NCBI GenBank assembly: GCA_905178155.1
Contig: CAJINV010000003.1
Coordinates: 393,091 to 457,090 of the forward strand
Length of the DNA: 64,000 bases
Reading direction: 5' to 3'
From: Amoebophrya sp. A120
Lineage: Eukaryota > Protista > Dinoflagellata
Shown here piece by piece: positions 12,701-25,099 of the stretch. Position 1 is the stretch's first letter, and every line of letters starts with the position of its first letter. A model generated the notes under the pieces. That model saw only the letters and a program-made list of their open reading frames with translations. It was not told the origin of the DNA and did not search any database. Made by a program: the position numbers and the translations under genes.

Positions 12701-15700
12701 AGTGGTTGTCCCTGACCACGACAAACAGCATGTGTTTAAGGCCCCACCGCTTCTTTCAGATTGTGGAGCAACTGGTGAAGCAAAACTTCGGGAAGGAACT
12801 CGCGCGGTCCGGGGTCAAGTCGCTCATGCGCCACAAGTGGGACGCACCGGGCGTGACTTTGACCAAATCGATCACGTTCGAGCCAGAAGTTGTGGATTTG
12901 GAACCACTAAAATCCTCCACCAGCTGGGACGAAGCGCAGCGCATCGTACTGGAAATGGCCTTCGGATCACCAACGAATTCGAGTACAACGACTTCCGCGA
13001 TGAACAACAATAAGCTGAAGTTCGACGAAAATCAAGAGCCGTCCTCCCCGACCTCGGTTTCGTCGCCCCGGAGGAACCAGACCCAGATGCTGAGCAACTC
13101 GAATCTCGACGGCCCGCCGGGGGTCTTGTTTCGCGACGAGGAAAGCGGGGAGAAGAAGCTGTACACGATTTTTGAGCTTGCGCAGGCCGACGTGGCGGAC
13201 AAGTTGCTCCACTTATACCAACCCGAGGCGAAGCATCTGGTGGAACCTAGACTGGTTTCCCTGCTGCAAAACATGGTGACCATGACCGAGTCGTTACCCT
13301 TAGTCGTGCTCGCGGAGAAGAAGCGAAATCCGCACGGGATGCAACTGATCACCGACCCGATCCACGTCCAGATCAACAAAACCCACACCTTCCAATTGGA
13401 ACCCTGGGTGCCCATGAGCGAGGTGGCACAGCGAATTTTGGTGGCAAAAATGCAGATGTTAGACAAAGTCACGGGCGAGGTCGTTTTGGTGTCCTCGTCC
13501 GGACAGCAGCTGCAGAAAAATGGAACAACACCTGCACCGATGTTGGATATGACGGCTTCGAAGGGCAACGCGAGCCTGAGTCTGCAGCGCGGTGGAGGAA
13601 CAACTTCCTTGACGAACAATAGTTCGTCCACTTCCCTGCGCGGCGGTGGCATTGCAGGAAAATCTTCGAACAACAGCTCATCGACAGGAGCTGCCAAGCC
13701 TCCCTCGGTGGAGGAGCTTTTGCAGGAGAAGAATGGCAAAGAGTTCAACCGAACGTACTTCGCGAACGCCTTGGATCTTGTGGGGAGCATATTGGTTTCC
13801 GTCAACCTGGAGTACTACGACGTGCTGGACTTCACGGTGAAAACCAAAGTCCACCATCCGGTCCATTTACTGTGCCCCAGTCAGCGCATGCGCAACATGG
13901 CGCGCAGTCAAAGCGGAGCCGCCGCGGCGGGCGGAGGCACCTCCGCGCAGGGAGGTGGTGGAGGGAGCAGCAACTCCGGGGGCGCACGCTCCGGCACCTA
14001 CAGTCCGGCCAGTATGAGCCCTCCCATGGGGCCTCCGGGCCAGGCTTTCGTGCCGAGTTTGCAGCAAAACGAGAACAACTCGGCTTCGGTCCAAAGCTCG
14101 CACTCCGTGTCCAGCCCGACCTTCAACCTGCCACCACCGGTGTCCGGGGGGCATCAATTGCAGCAACCTGCCGCGCCCTTCGCGAACGCAGTGGTACCGA
14201 CGGTTCCCGTCGTGTCATCGGAGTCGTTGCTCGAAGCAGCAAGAGGAGGTGTTGCCACAACTTCTGCGGAAGGGTCGCTAAACGCGACAGCTGTGGTCAA
14301 CGCGCAGCTTGTCGACGACAATGTTGTCGCGGATGAAAAAGTCTTTGAGGTGGATGCGCATGACATAACCCCGGTTGCCGAGTCGGACCAGTTGCGATCC
14401 TTGTTCCAGGGATCAGGACCGGGCGCAGCTGCAACTGGTGCAAATAACAATGGTCCGCGCTTATCCGGCACTAGCAGTGCCTCGTCCGCGTCGAACAACG
14501 CAACTTCTATGCCTCCCTTCCACATCAACCCACCTCGGGGAGGACCATCCGCGAACGGCACTGCAGCAGCAGCTCCCGGGGCTGGGCCAGTGATGCTCCC
14601 GAGCGGCTGGGCGACCGACCCCTCGCTGAGTTCCAGCGGAGCGACGTCCGCGCCGACTGGCAATATTCCGCTGGGTGTGCCGTACCGGCAATTTGTCGTG
14701 TCGAAGAACTACGGGTGGCAGGTGGCGACCCGATTGTGCAACGACCACCTGTATCCAATGCAAAAATGTCTATTTCTGGAAGGATCCAAACTTGTCATGC
14801 TATCTCTGGACTCTAAAAAAATCTGTATTGCATGACCAGGAAGAGGAGCCCAGACTGTGCTACGTGGAGAGGGCATTTGTCATGCGGAATAGGCATCAGG
14901 AAGGGTTCTGAAAATCTGTGATGGTAGGTCGTGCATTACAGACATCCTGGGTCACGCAAAACATGCATGACAAGTCTCAGAATCTTCCAGACCCAGACAT
15001 TTTTGCAATTCATAACTTGCGGAACCAGGAGATTCTCGTCACCTACGCCAGCGCGTTGAACGCGAAGGGGCACCACATCGCCATCAATCCGAACGGGGTG
15101 AACATCTTTCCGCTCACGAAGGAGGAGAAGTGCTTGAAGCTTTGGTTTCTCATTGCCCACCAGCAGTTCTCGAAAGGTAAGCTGCTGGAGCAGGTGGGCC
15201 TGTTGCTGAGCCTCGCGAAGCGAAACTGGGTTGCGGAGCGCAGCTTCTGTCTGGCGAATCCTAGTAACGGTGGTCTGTCCGGATGTTCCGCCGCGCCGTC
15301 GACCCGCGGCTCGGGGAAAACCGCGTCTACCGCGACCCCGGGCGGTGCCAGCGTCGGGAATATGATGGGTTTGGTCAGCGTCAGCGACAGCACACCGACG
15401 CCCTCGGAGTACTCGACGAAAGTGACTATTTCCGGCGAGCAGCAGGGAGCAAAGATGAATAACGCCGCGGCATCGACGACGAGTAGTGCGACGAGCCCGA
15501 AGAGCAGTAGCCGAAGGCGAGTTTTGAACCCGCTCGCGTTGCTGCGCAAGGCTATTGCATCCAGACAGAGCAACAAACCGGCTCCGGAAGGCTACACGGC
15601 CAATAGTACAACCGGAAGCAGGAACAAGCAGGCGGCGCAAACCGCCCCCGCGGAGGATGTTGTTCATCTCTTGGACCCAGAAACTACGTCGGCTGGTGCG

Positions 15701-18700
15701 GACACGAGCAGTGTGGGAGCGGGAAGCACCACGGACGCCGGCGGCTTTTCCACTACATCCGGAGATCTTCATGGCAACAAGAAGCTGGAGTCTTTGGCGG
15801 ACCAATTCAACCAGTGTGTGAAGGTGATGACGGTCGAGGGTGGACAGGCCGGCGCCCCGCGCTCGAGCTCGAGCACGCCGACCGGAAATACCAACCCAAC
15901 CCCGAGCTTCCTCAAGACGTCGAACTCCACGTCGATGCAGCTGCCGGAAGTGGGCCCGAACGGTGCCACCTGGATTCCCGCAAACTCGAACCCCGCGGCG
16001 ATGCTGAAGGATCCCGTACAGTACCTGGAGCCCTGGACCGCCGAGGCGCTCTTTGCCTTGGGCTACCGCCCGAATACGGTCTTGAACCAGGTGGAGTTAG
16101 AATACGCCATCGAAGACATCTACGAATTGTTCACCACAACCGCGGGAGGTGGACTCGTCGGTCCGGAAATAACAACAAACAAACTGAATTCGCAGCTTTC
16201 CAACGAGCACTACGAAACGAAGGTTGGGGAGATTGTGGACGGCTGGCAGAAGGTGGAGTCCACGGTGATTAGCACGGTGGATTTTCTGCAGTCTGTGTAC
16301 GAAAAGTTACAGTTCGAAAAGGAGAACAACTTGGCCATTGGCGGTGCGGGCCGGAGCGAATTCGACACTCCTGCGGTCGTGGGCGTCCGGTCGCCGAGCA
16401 CCTCGCCGATGAACCGCCACCGCGGCGCCGCGGCGCAGGACATCGAGCGCGCTGTGATTGAAGAGAGCGCGACGTCCGCGACAACCGGGTCGCTGCAAAA
16501 CTCCCCAACGATGAATCATGGCAGGCTGTTACGCGAGGACCAGGATCCGTTAGGCGAGGTGAACTCCAACTCGGGCACCAGTGGAGGTCTCGAAGATGAT
16601 ACTCGTGGGAGCCCTCCCATGCGGCTGTTCGAATCAACTGACCGCGTGTGGTCGGTGGTTACCGAATTTCCGAGCGGCGTGCCCTTCAGCTTGATTTGGG
16701 AAGACGTGGGTGAGTTCGTGTACGGCAAGTGTCGATCGTGCCTGGGAAAGAGCATCTTCTCCTCCGACCTGTTCGCCGAGGGTTTGAAGCGCTTGGAGGT
16801 CACGGTTGCGAACGGGGGCAAGGGCACCGTGTGGGGCGGCCTTACCCGGCGCATGGCCGACAATCTCGCAACGCAGCTGGCCGAAGTGATTCCGTGCTCC
16901 GTGGAGCCCGATCCGGTCGCGGCGAAGCAGTGGGGCGTGACCAAGTTGTCCGCCAACCCGAACATGCTGAAGCTGCGATCGCTCGTGCAGTACAGTGGCG
17001 GCCTCGGCTTCATCGTCGACATCACCGCGCATCGAGAAATGAACTACTCGGCGTTTTCGGGGGCGGGTGGACCCGGCTCCTATTCCCCGATGGCGCCAAG
17101 CAACGGGGGGATGAACAACCGCACGATGATGTCCTCCAGTACCAGTATGCAGCGTGGTCCCGGCGTACTTCTAGACCACGGGGGGCACCAATTGCCGACG
17201 GCCCTAGTAACGGACGACGCAGTCGGAGTGATTAGCAATTCGTCCAATAGCAACACGATTCAGGAAGCTCCGTTGCCGAATACCAGCACCTCAATTATAT
17301 CGGCTCCAAGCGCCGGCGGTGTCCTCGTCGCGGCAGGAGGGACAACTGCGACTACAGGAACAACTACGACGACTGGTGGTCCTCTTACTCACCTACCGCT
17401 GCACCAAGATGAGTTTGCTATGCGGTTGTCCAGGGCAACTGGCGAAAACAGCATTTCCAGCAGCAGTTCGCGTAATTCTTCGAAGAGCAAGAACATGCTG
17501 ATGGTTGGCAGTGTGACGTATACCATCTGTGACCTGTACACCGGCGAGATCCTGAACGGCTTCACGCGCTCGCAGCTCGACGTTGCTGCGAACAAGACGA
17601 AAATATCACCCGTGCACGGCATCACCAACGCCATGGAGTTGCGACGCGCGATGGCGCTGCAGAGCGGCTTCGCGAGCTGCGACAACCCCGCGTTGGTAGA
17701 TTTGGAAGCGGTGATTTTCGCTTCCCGAGACGTGCAAACAGGAAGGCTCCTGCCGTTGGACAACAGTTGTACAACTAGCGCGAATAATAAAGCGCTCCAA
17801 CAACTAGTAGGGTCAACATCTTCTCAACAAGCAAACTACAAGTCCACGATGATTCATCGCACAAGCTCCGCTGCAAGTAACACTAGCACGACCGCAACCA
17901 CGTTGGTCACGCTGCCATCAGTTGGTTCCTCCAGCATCGTTGCTCCGGCCGACGTCGCATCGACAACCACCATTGACGGATTTTTGAAGAACAGTTCGTC
18001 TGTTTCCGCGACGAAGGACACCACAGTGACGTCCACAACGGACGGAACGGGGACTGTGAACACGTCTACCTTGGCACCCGAACAACAGGACCTGGTGGAC
18101 AAGACAACAACCTTAACACATTCGTCGCCACAGGCAGGAACCACAACAACAACGCAGCAGAACCCTGTGCAGGTGCTGTACCGACCGCTGAAGGTTCCGG
18201 TTGCGAAAGCAGTGCTCCGCGTGAACGATTCCACGGTGATTCCGGGCAATTTCAGTCTGTGCCAGGCTCTCTGGAAGTCGGACAGTCCGTATCCGGTGGG
18301 CCCACGGAAGAAGATGATTTACTCCCACCAACCTGCCACCGGTAACGACGCGGCCAGACCGTTGAAACTCACGGCCGAGATCGTGTACTCCGTGCAGCAA
18401 GAGGTTGATGATGTTCTTGAACTAGCAGTGGAAGAACAAAGAAACGGGGTCCTCGTACCACGAAGATCATCAACTCTCTTCGAGGAAGACGCGCAGCCGG
18501 CTTGGCCGCAGTTCAACATGGCGGACCCGGCCATGAGCGACGTGTCAACCTTCTTGGCCGAGGAGCTGGGCATCAGCTCCGCCAGCTGTTGCCACAGTAT
18601 TGAGCTGCTGCGGAAAATCGAATTTGATCCGACAGACGATTTCAATGCAGAGTCGACGTTGGCGGTCAACCACCAGGACTCTTCCGCTAGTGGCAGTGCG

Positions 18701-21700
18701 AGTCCGACGAAGAGAAACAATGCCGCGACGGACGGCGCGAAGAACGCACAGGAACTGAGCATCACGACCAACGCGCTGGATGCCAAGCTGAAGGAACAGC
18801 TCTCGGTCCCCTTACTGTCCGTGACGCGGGCCGGGTTGCCGAAGTGGGTTTTCCTGCTGCCGCAGATCTGTCCGCAGCTGTTCAGCGTCGAGCTGAAGAA
18901 GAACCTGCTGATTTCCTCCTGCTTCCCCCTTTCCTTTCGCGTGTTTTGGCTCCAGCAGGACCGCTTCGAAAACCGGTTCGGCATCCGGCTGCAGGAGGCG
19001 GAGAGGAAGTTGCAGGAGGCCGAGTGGGCCAACGATTTGGAGGGAATCCAGCGGTCCCATGACGAGATTGCGCAGATCGAGGAGGAGTCCATCCGCGACC
19101 GGGAAATCTACATCGGGAAGATGAAGAAAGAGCTGGTGCGCGTCGAGCGCGAGCACGACTCGCTGATGCCGATGGCGCGCGCCCTGTTCTCCGACAAGCT
19201 CGACCCCAACGCGTCGCTGGAAGTCATTTTCAAGAACGAATCTGGCTTCGGGCCGGCGGTCACGCAGTCCTTCTACTCCGAAGTCGCGCTCGCACTCACC
19301 GACGTGAAGCACGGCCTCTTCGTGCCGGACGACGGTGCCAGCACGAAGGACGAGTTCACCATGGGTGGGCGCCACGGCCTGATTCTGAAGCCCGACTTGC
19401 TGTTCAACGCCAACACCGGGGCCCCCTTGACCCCCGCCGAGGAAAAGGAAAAGCGGTCGCTGCTGCGGTTCCTCGGCCGATTGATCGGACGCAGTCTGCG
19501 CGAGGGCTACCGGCTCCCCATCCCGCTGAGCGAGGCGTTCTTCGCGATGCTGCAGGGCAGCAGCTCGGGCGAGAACAACATTCCGACCGACTGGCGGAAG
19601 AAGCGAAACCTCGCGTTCCTGCCCGGCCCGAACAACGACGGCTGGAGCGGCCGGATCGTGGGCGCGCTGTACTCCTACGCGATCGACCTGGAGAACTACG
19701 CGTGTAAGGTGAAAGAGCTCGCTGCACTCGCAGCTGCGACGAATGGCGGAGGTGCGAACAATAATTTTTCGTGCGGGGAGCCGTTTGGCAACGAGAATGA
19801 CTCGTGCCACGAACCGGAAATGGTCGGCGTCACCCACGTCGCGGGCACCCTGAACCAGCAAAAGATGCTCAAAAAAGGGTTTTACAACGCCCCGGTCCGC
19901 GGCGCCGGCGAGGGTGCAGTAGTAGATCCGAATTCGAAGATGCAGCTGTTGCAGCAGACCAACAATCCGCCGGGCACGCCGAACAAGGGCGACCGCCCGC
20001 TCGAATCTTCACCCGCGGAACTGAGTCAGAACCTCATGACCCTTCCGAATCAGAAATCCTCCAGATTCTCTACGAAGAACCCGCCGACCGCCCCCGCAAC
20101 CCTGGATTCCAGCATTTCCAAGTTGCGCGCCGAAGAAATCAAGCAGAAACAGCTCCCGATCGTCACGCCGCCGCCCGCAACAGCCCCCGGGAACAATAGT
20201 TACGCGATCAACACGGCACCAGAACAACAGCAGAACACAAACGCAGTGATTAAGCAAGCCCCCGGTGGTACTGGTGTAGTAGCTGCAGCACCTGTAATCT
20301 CATCATCTCCTGCGCCAGGAGCTCCAGCTGTCGTAAAGCCTGTTCTACCCGTTGTAGCTGCAGCAAACACAACAACAGCGACAGTTAACACACGGAACAC
20401 GAATTTGCTGCAGGCTGCTGCACTTAATACCAGCGCCGCCGATGTCCCCCAGCCGTTGGACGAGAATGATTCCAACTGGTCCGCGAAGTACATCCAGGAC
20501 GGTGGTGCGCACTACTCGTTCAAGGACGGCGTGGACGCCGGCGGCCTGTGCTTCACCGCGTACGGCACGCACGGTCCGATGCTGGTGGAGAACGGCGAGA
20601 ACGTGGACCTGACCGCCGCGAATCTGCAGGAGTTCGCGGAGAAGATCCACCTGTTCTGGGTGCACCAGTCCAAGAACCTGTACGACGAGGTGTGCCAGGG
20701 TCTGTGGGAGGGGTTGGGCAATTTAGATCCCTGTCCGACCACCTGGTTGCGGTTTTTCACCGCGAAGGAGCTGCGCTCCATGTTCTGCGGCGACAACGAA
20801 ATCAGCTGGACGGAGGAGGAACTGCGGAAGTACGTCAGCTTCCATGGCTGGGACGAGGCCATCGAACTGGAGCGCCGCCAGTTGATGGACCTGCAGGTGC
20901 AGCAGTTTGTCTCCTCCAGCAGCGCGGTAGCTGTGGAGGCTACCCCGGTGAAAAAGGAAAGAACAAATGCCGCGTCGTCGTCCTCTGCGCTGACCGTGGA
21001 AAATCTGGAAAAGCTGGATCAGGCCACAGCAGGAGCTCTGGTAGAAGACGGTGACAATGCTAATAACACCAACAACTACAACGCCGTGGATCAGGGCAAG
21101 AACGGGGAGAATAAGGGCACGGAAAACAAAAAATCAAATAGCAAAACGGCGGCTGTTAAAGGCAACGCTGCGTCTGACGGAGGTGACAATAAACAAGCAC
21201 TAGAGCCTTTGACCGGCTCCCGTCGGTCGAACAGGAACCTGGAGATCGATACGGACAATGAGCAGCTGAAAAACACGAGCTCTTTGCTTCCTCCCGAGAA
21301 GGACGACGGAAACAACGATGAAGAGCAATTCAGTGGGTTTGGATCCCCACGGGTGCCTCGCAGTGCGAACCGGAACAACAACAACGGAAACAACCTGCTC
21401 TCCAACCTGATGAACAACGACTCGGAGTACAACGGGAACAGCCGCACTGGTAGTGAGGTAGACTCTGACGGGGAGGTGATGGAAACCTTTTCCCCGACCG
21501 CGCACATGTCGTTCCACCCGAGCACAAACAACCCGCGCGGCTTTCTCCCCTCGCCGAAAAACCTCGCGGGGCTGCAAGACGACCAGGTGGATGTGGAAGA
21601 GGATTTCAAGATGCGCCGGTGGTTAATCCAGTGCCTGATGGAAATGACCCAGAAGGAACGGTCTATTTTCATCGAGTTCTGCACCTCCTGCCCCCGACTG

Positions 21701-21883
21701 CCCGTCGGCGGGCTGAAGGCGCTGGGGCTGAAAATCCTCCCGGAGCAACCAGGGAGGATTCTGCCCAGGAGCCGCGCCTGCGCAAACACGCTGTTCCTCC
21801 CGGATTACCCGACAAGGCAAGCCTTCGAGTACCATTTAAAACTCGCCTTGCACGACTCCATGGGGCAGTTTGAACAGGAGTAA
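3720..21883 (+). CDS. Giant HECT-type E3 ubiquitin ligase (TRIP12/UPL3-like C-terminus) with N-terminal UBA motif and Cys-rich Zn-finger-like segments; about 5,370 codons
   Basis: Manually joined exons 3720-3870, 4155-4201, 4480-4868, 5136-5195, 5463-5967, 6171-6568, 6714-7380, 7564-9625, 9785-14751, 15020-21883 sum to 16,110 nt, in frame. UBA motif EQLRSMGFSAQAIFWAFDQTNGSFEDAMELL appears only after removing two TIR inserts. HECT hallmarks: CPQLFSVE, LEVIFKNESGFGPAVTQSFYSEV, RFLGRLIGRSL, FIEFCTSCPRLPVGG, LPRSRACANTLFLPDY (catalytic Cys). Three GT-AG introns (5968-6170, 6569-6713, 7381-7563) plus six TIR introns. The 6713 acceptor is uncertain. Confidence 0.85.
3871..4149. mobile_element. TIR introner / MITE-like intron, family B (279 bp), TSD GCAGG
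   Basis: TIR TATCCTGAGTAAAAACGCACCCACACCAGAGT ... ACTCTGGTGTGGGTACGTTTTTACTCAGGATA. GCAGG at 3866-3870 and 4150-4154. Removal gives FSAQ-AIFW. The only copy that can be read as GT-AG. Confidence 0.92.
4202..4474. mobile_element. TIR introner, family A (273 bp), TSD ACGCT/GCGCT (1 mismatch); right TIR partly degenerate
   Basis: Starts TATCAACCGCAAATATGTCTGGGTCTGGAAG and ends CTTCCAGAC...GATATTTGCAATCCATA. Removal gives FEDA-MELL, completing the UBA motif. Confidence 0.85.
4869..5130. mobile_element. TIR introner, family A (262 bp), TSD GACGA
   Basis: TIR TATCAAATGTAAAAATGTCTGGGTCTGGAAGA ... TCTTCCAGACCCAGACATTTTTACAGTTGATA. GACGA on both sides. Removal gives TSDEQMEH. Confidence 0.93.
5196..5457. 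mobile_element. TIR introner, family A, inverted relative to 4869-5130 (262 bp), TSD GAGGA
   Basis: TIR TATCAAATGCAAAAGTGTCTGGGTCTGGAA ... TTCCAGACCCAGACATATTTGCAATGCATA. Removal gives RELEEMERQ. Interior resembles the reverse complement of the 4869 copy. Confidence 0.93.
9626..9779. mobile_element. TIR introner, family C (154 bp), TSD CGTTT
   Basis: TATCCTGTGCAAAAGTATCGTACT ... AGTACGATGCTTTATTTGCAGTGCATA. Removal fuses ORFs 7546-9654 and 9721-14835 (LQRVSSWGDFL). Close reverse-complement copy at 39734-39884. Confidence 0.92.
14752..15014. mobile_element. TIR introner, family A, reverse orientation (263 bp), TSD ACCTG/ACTTG
   Basis: TATCCAATGCAAAAATGTCTATTTCTGGAAG ... CTTCCAGACCCAGACATTTTTGCAATTCATA. 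Removal fuses the 1704-aa and 2321-aa ORFs (CNDHLRNQEIL). Confidence 0.92.
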
Positions 21884-23188
21884 TAGGCGCAGGAAGAAGG
21901 TCGCAACGAACAATATATATAGCGTCTTCGAAAATTTTTTCAAAGTACTTAAAAAGCAAGTGTGGTTCAACTTTGACTACAAACGTAGACAACAACTGTA
22001 CAAAATTTCTGGGCGAGGAAGAGAAAGAGAGGAGCAGAAGTAGACCTAAATACGTCGTGGCTGATGTTGTCACAGACCATGACTTAGAAAGCGAACGTAG
22101 TACAACTTGTCAGAACAGAGACAAAGAGAGAGTGACACAAGATTTTCAACTCCTCGCATAATGATCGACTTTTCTGACCGTAGCCACGTGCAGTCTTCAC
22201 AATTTAGTCACTAGATTTTTCGAGCGTTACGTTATATGCAGTTACGATTCAATTTCAAATTCCGTTTTTACATTGATTTGCATTTTTTCGCTTACGTTTA
22301 GTTTTTCTGACCATTAATAGCACAAAAATTATGCAGCAGCAGGCTCGCAATCGCAGGACGATTTCTAATTGTTTCGTGTATGATTATGATACCAATTATC
22401 TTATACATGATTTTTGCGTTTCGTAATATCCATTTTTGCATATTTTTCTGTACATCTCATGTTTCATCTGAAGGCACACTTTATCTATTCATTCAATTGG
22501 CACTTTTTCGTTTTATTGCAACAGCTTTTGTTCTTCTAATTTTCACTTTGAAAAGCAAACTTTATTTTCGTCGCGACCACAGTATCCGAGGGCGATACTA
22601 GTACTACTCACCTAAAATTGTACACACGTTTTTATTCTCCAGGGGAAGAAGACAGAGACAATCAGTATGAACAGCGTTTTAAGCTTGTTTCTAGCCGGTG
22701 TAGTATTCAAGTTTGAAACAAATCTGTATGATCCGAGTGGTTTTTGCTTTTCCTAACAGCCTTGTAGGTGGTCACCGTTTGCTGTTTTTGGTGTGTTCGT
22801 GCCAATATAAGTATTATTGTTTTTTTCGGCAAGTTGATGTTGAGTTTCTTCTTCGTCGTCGTCGTGTCAGAGCTTCAGGCTGACGGACAGTTTTAGCATG
22901 AAGATTGAGAAGGAGCGACCGGCAGTCTGAGTAGAGAGACCCTTTTTCTGAGCTGCTATTTACCTATCTCCCTGTTTCGACTTCGGCACCTCTCGTCGTT
23001 TCAGTATGATATTAAAAAGCGACTGTTTCTTTTGCACCAGCTGTAGCTTTTTATGTTGCAGTTGCCTACAAGTACAAACCTGGTGAAGCTGAAGCAAAAG
23101 TAAGACGCTTTCGATAGGCCCAGTTGTATTTACAGTGGCAGTGCAAACATGTAAAAAGAGACACGTACCACGTGCAAAAATTTGAATT

Positions 23189-25099
23189 ATGACGGCAACA
23201 ATGACGACGGCTTTGTGGAATGACAAGCTCTACCAGACCCTGGTTGCCCGTCCCACCGGGCGACAGCGGCTGACGCAGGCTTTGCGAAACCAAAAGTCCC
23301 TGACGCAGCCGGTCCGGATATTCTGGGTAAAAACATCCCCACCCCAGAGTTGTCATGCGAATCTGCATGCCAAAAATGTTTCTCATGCGGAGCCCCATGC
23401 GAAGCATTTCCCGGTCGTGTTTTGGAGTTTGTGATGCTCAAATCAGCATGATAGGCTAGATCTGTGATGCTGCTGGAGCTAGCTAAACAGGATTACACTA
23501 CGGGGCCAAATTTGTCATGCGAAACAACCAAAGTTGGTTGATTTGCCTAGCAGATTTCCCATCTTGACTCTGGTGTGGGGATGTTTTTACTAAGGATACC
23601 GGAAAGAGATGGTCCTGGAAATGACGCAAAAGTGGGTCGACACGCAACCGGAGCTTAGCGTCACCGAGTGGCTCAAAGGTAAAGAAGAGACTTGATGTCG
23701 CAACAGAAGACTTGATGTGCCAAAGTTGCAAATTGAATTTAGTGATGTTGTTCCAACCAGCCAAGATGCACAAGATCTACCAGAAATTTTTCTTTTCCGA
23801 TCATACTGTCCCGGCTGGACCAGAGTTGGAAGTAAGATGTTGCTCGAAGATCCCGAAGCTCCGTTCCTGTCAAAATAATAACCCAGAAGCAACCTTTTTA
23901 TCGATCCCGCTTTTCCACATGACAATAATGCAGAAGCTCGCTCTCCTTCTACGGGAAGGACTTTTTCCGGCCCACTGGGTGCCGAGGGGAAATAGTAACC
24001 GTTTTGACGATCCCACAGTGGCAGCAACAAATCTGAGAAGCAAACGGCATAGCACAATCCCCCCTACTAGTTTTGGAGCACATCGCAAAGCGGAGAAGAA
24101 GCAGGGTTACAGGGCAGGGTTAAGGGTTTTAGGGAGGCAACTGGGCGATGCAGGGCATAACTCCGTGTTTTCCTGTGTTTCCCGGTGGCGTTTGGCGTAC
24201 CGTTACTAGAGCCTAGGCTCGTGTAATGTAGGCAGGAAGGGCAAGAAGAAGCGTCTTGCTTAGGACCTGTCATATTTATGGAGCCTGTTCTGACGCAAGG
24301 AAGGGCAAGCAGAGGCGGCTTGTTTAGGACCTTGTGGTTGTGCGGAGGTTGATTGGTGCAGTACGGATGAGGAGGTAGTATTGCGCCTCTCTGAAGCCTG
24401 AGTTGATTGAAGGCTTCGGCTTTCCTTCTCTCAAGCAACTCCCCGAGCTCGTTGGTTCACAGCTAAGAAGGGTTTTGTTTCTTCGAGCTCTGGTGGTGAT
24501 AAGTTGAAACACTATTCGCCAGCCATTTACAAGCAGGAGCATAGATAGTACGTTTAAAAACAGTTACTCGCTCGCCTAAAGAAGCGAGCACCCGATTGAA
24601 TTTAGTACCTGTTTTTTCTATCGCTATCTTCCCTTTCTTGTGCTTGACAGGTATCGGCCTGGGTGGCGACGATGCGTTGTTAGAGCGGGCAGCAGAGCAA
24701 TACGACAACAAAATGGAATTTCTGTTGCAGGACGAGTTTCCTGCCGTGCTTGCGGTTGAAGAGGACCCCGAAAAGCTGCAAGAAGAGAACTTTGACGGGT
24801 GGGCCACGTTGGAGCTTTCCGAGGATGTATTCTCGAAGGTCCGCATACTCCACGGCATTGAGCAAATCCGCAGAAACGGGCTCGCCAGCGAGGCGACCCG
24901 GATCCGGTTACAGCGAAAGCTGGATGACATAGAAGAGCGGCAAACGCTGAAATACGGGAACCCGCAGGGCAAGACGCAGAAGGTCGGGCGACGGTATCTG
25001 GGGGGTAACTCGACCTTGCGGACGAATCCGATACAGGAGTTCCTGGAGTCCGTCGATAACCGAGTGGTACTTAATTTTTACGAGGATGTGTTCCTGTGA
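23189..25099 (+). CDS. Hypothetical protein of about 217 aa with a SAM-domain-like motif
   Basis: Exons 23189-23318, 23604-23678, 24651-25099 total 654 nt, in frame. The junction gives SVTEWLKGIGLG, which resembles SAM helix 1-2. One TIR intron and one GT-AG intron (23679-24650). Confidence 0.6.
23319..23598. mobile_element. TIR introner, family B, inverted relative to 3871-4149 (280 bp), TSD CCGGA
   Basis: TATTCTGGGTAAAAACATCCCCACCCCAGAGT ... ACTCTGGTGTGGGGATGTTTTTACTAAGGATA. CCGGA on both sides. Removal gives QPVRKEMVLE. Confidence 0.92.

Noticed and set aside
7552-21835. Numerous antisense and alternate-frame ORFs over the HECT gene
   Set aside because: Shadow ORFs expected from GC3-rich codon usage.
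9721-21883. Treating the 1704-aa and 2321-aa ORFs as separate genes, or the locus as a transposon-killed pseudogene
   Set aside because: Their apparent starts lie inside TIR elements, and there are no other frame disruptions over 16 kb of coding sequence.
22177-22186. ACCGTAGCCA resembling the 5' half of the dinoflagellate spliced leader
   Set aside because: Only 10 nt match, the TTTTGGCTCAAG half is missing, and it lies downstream of a gene; compatible with chance.
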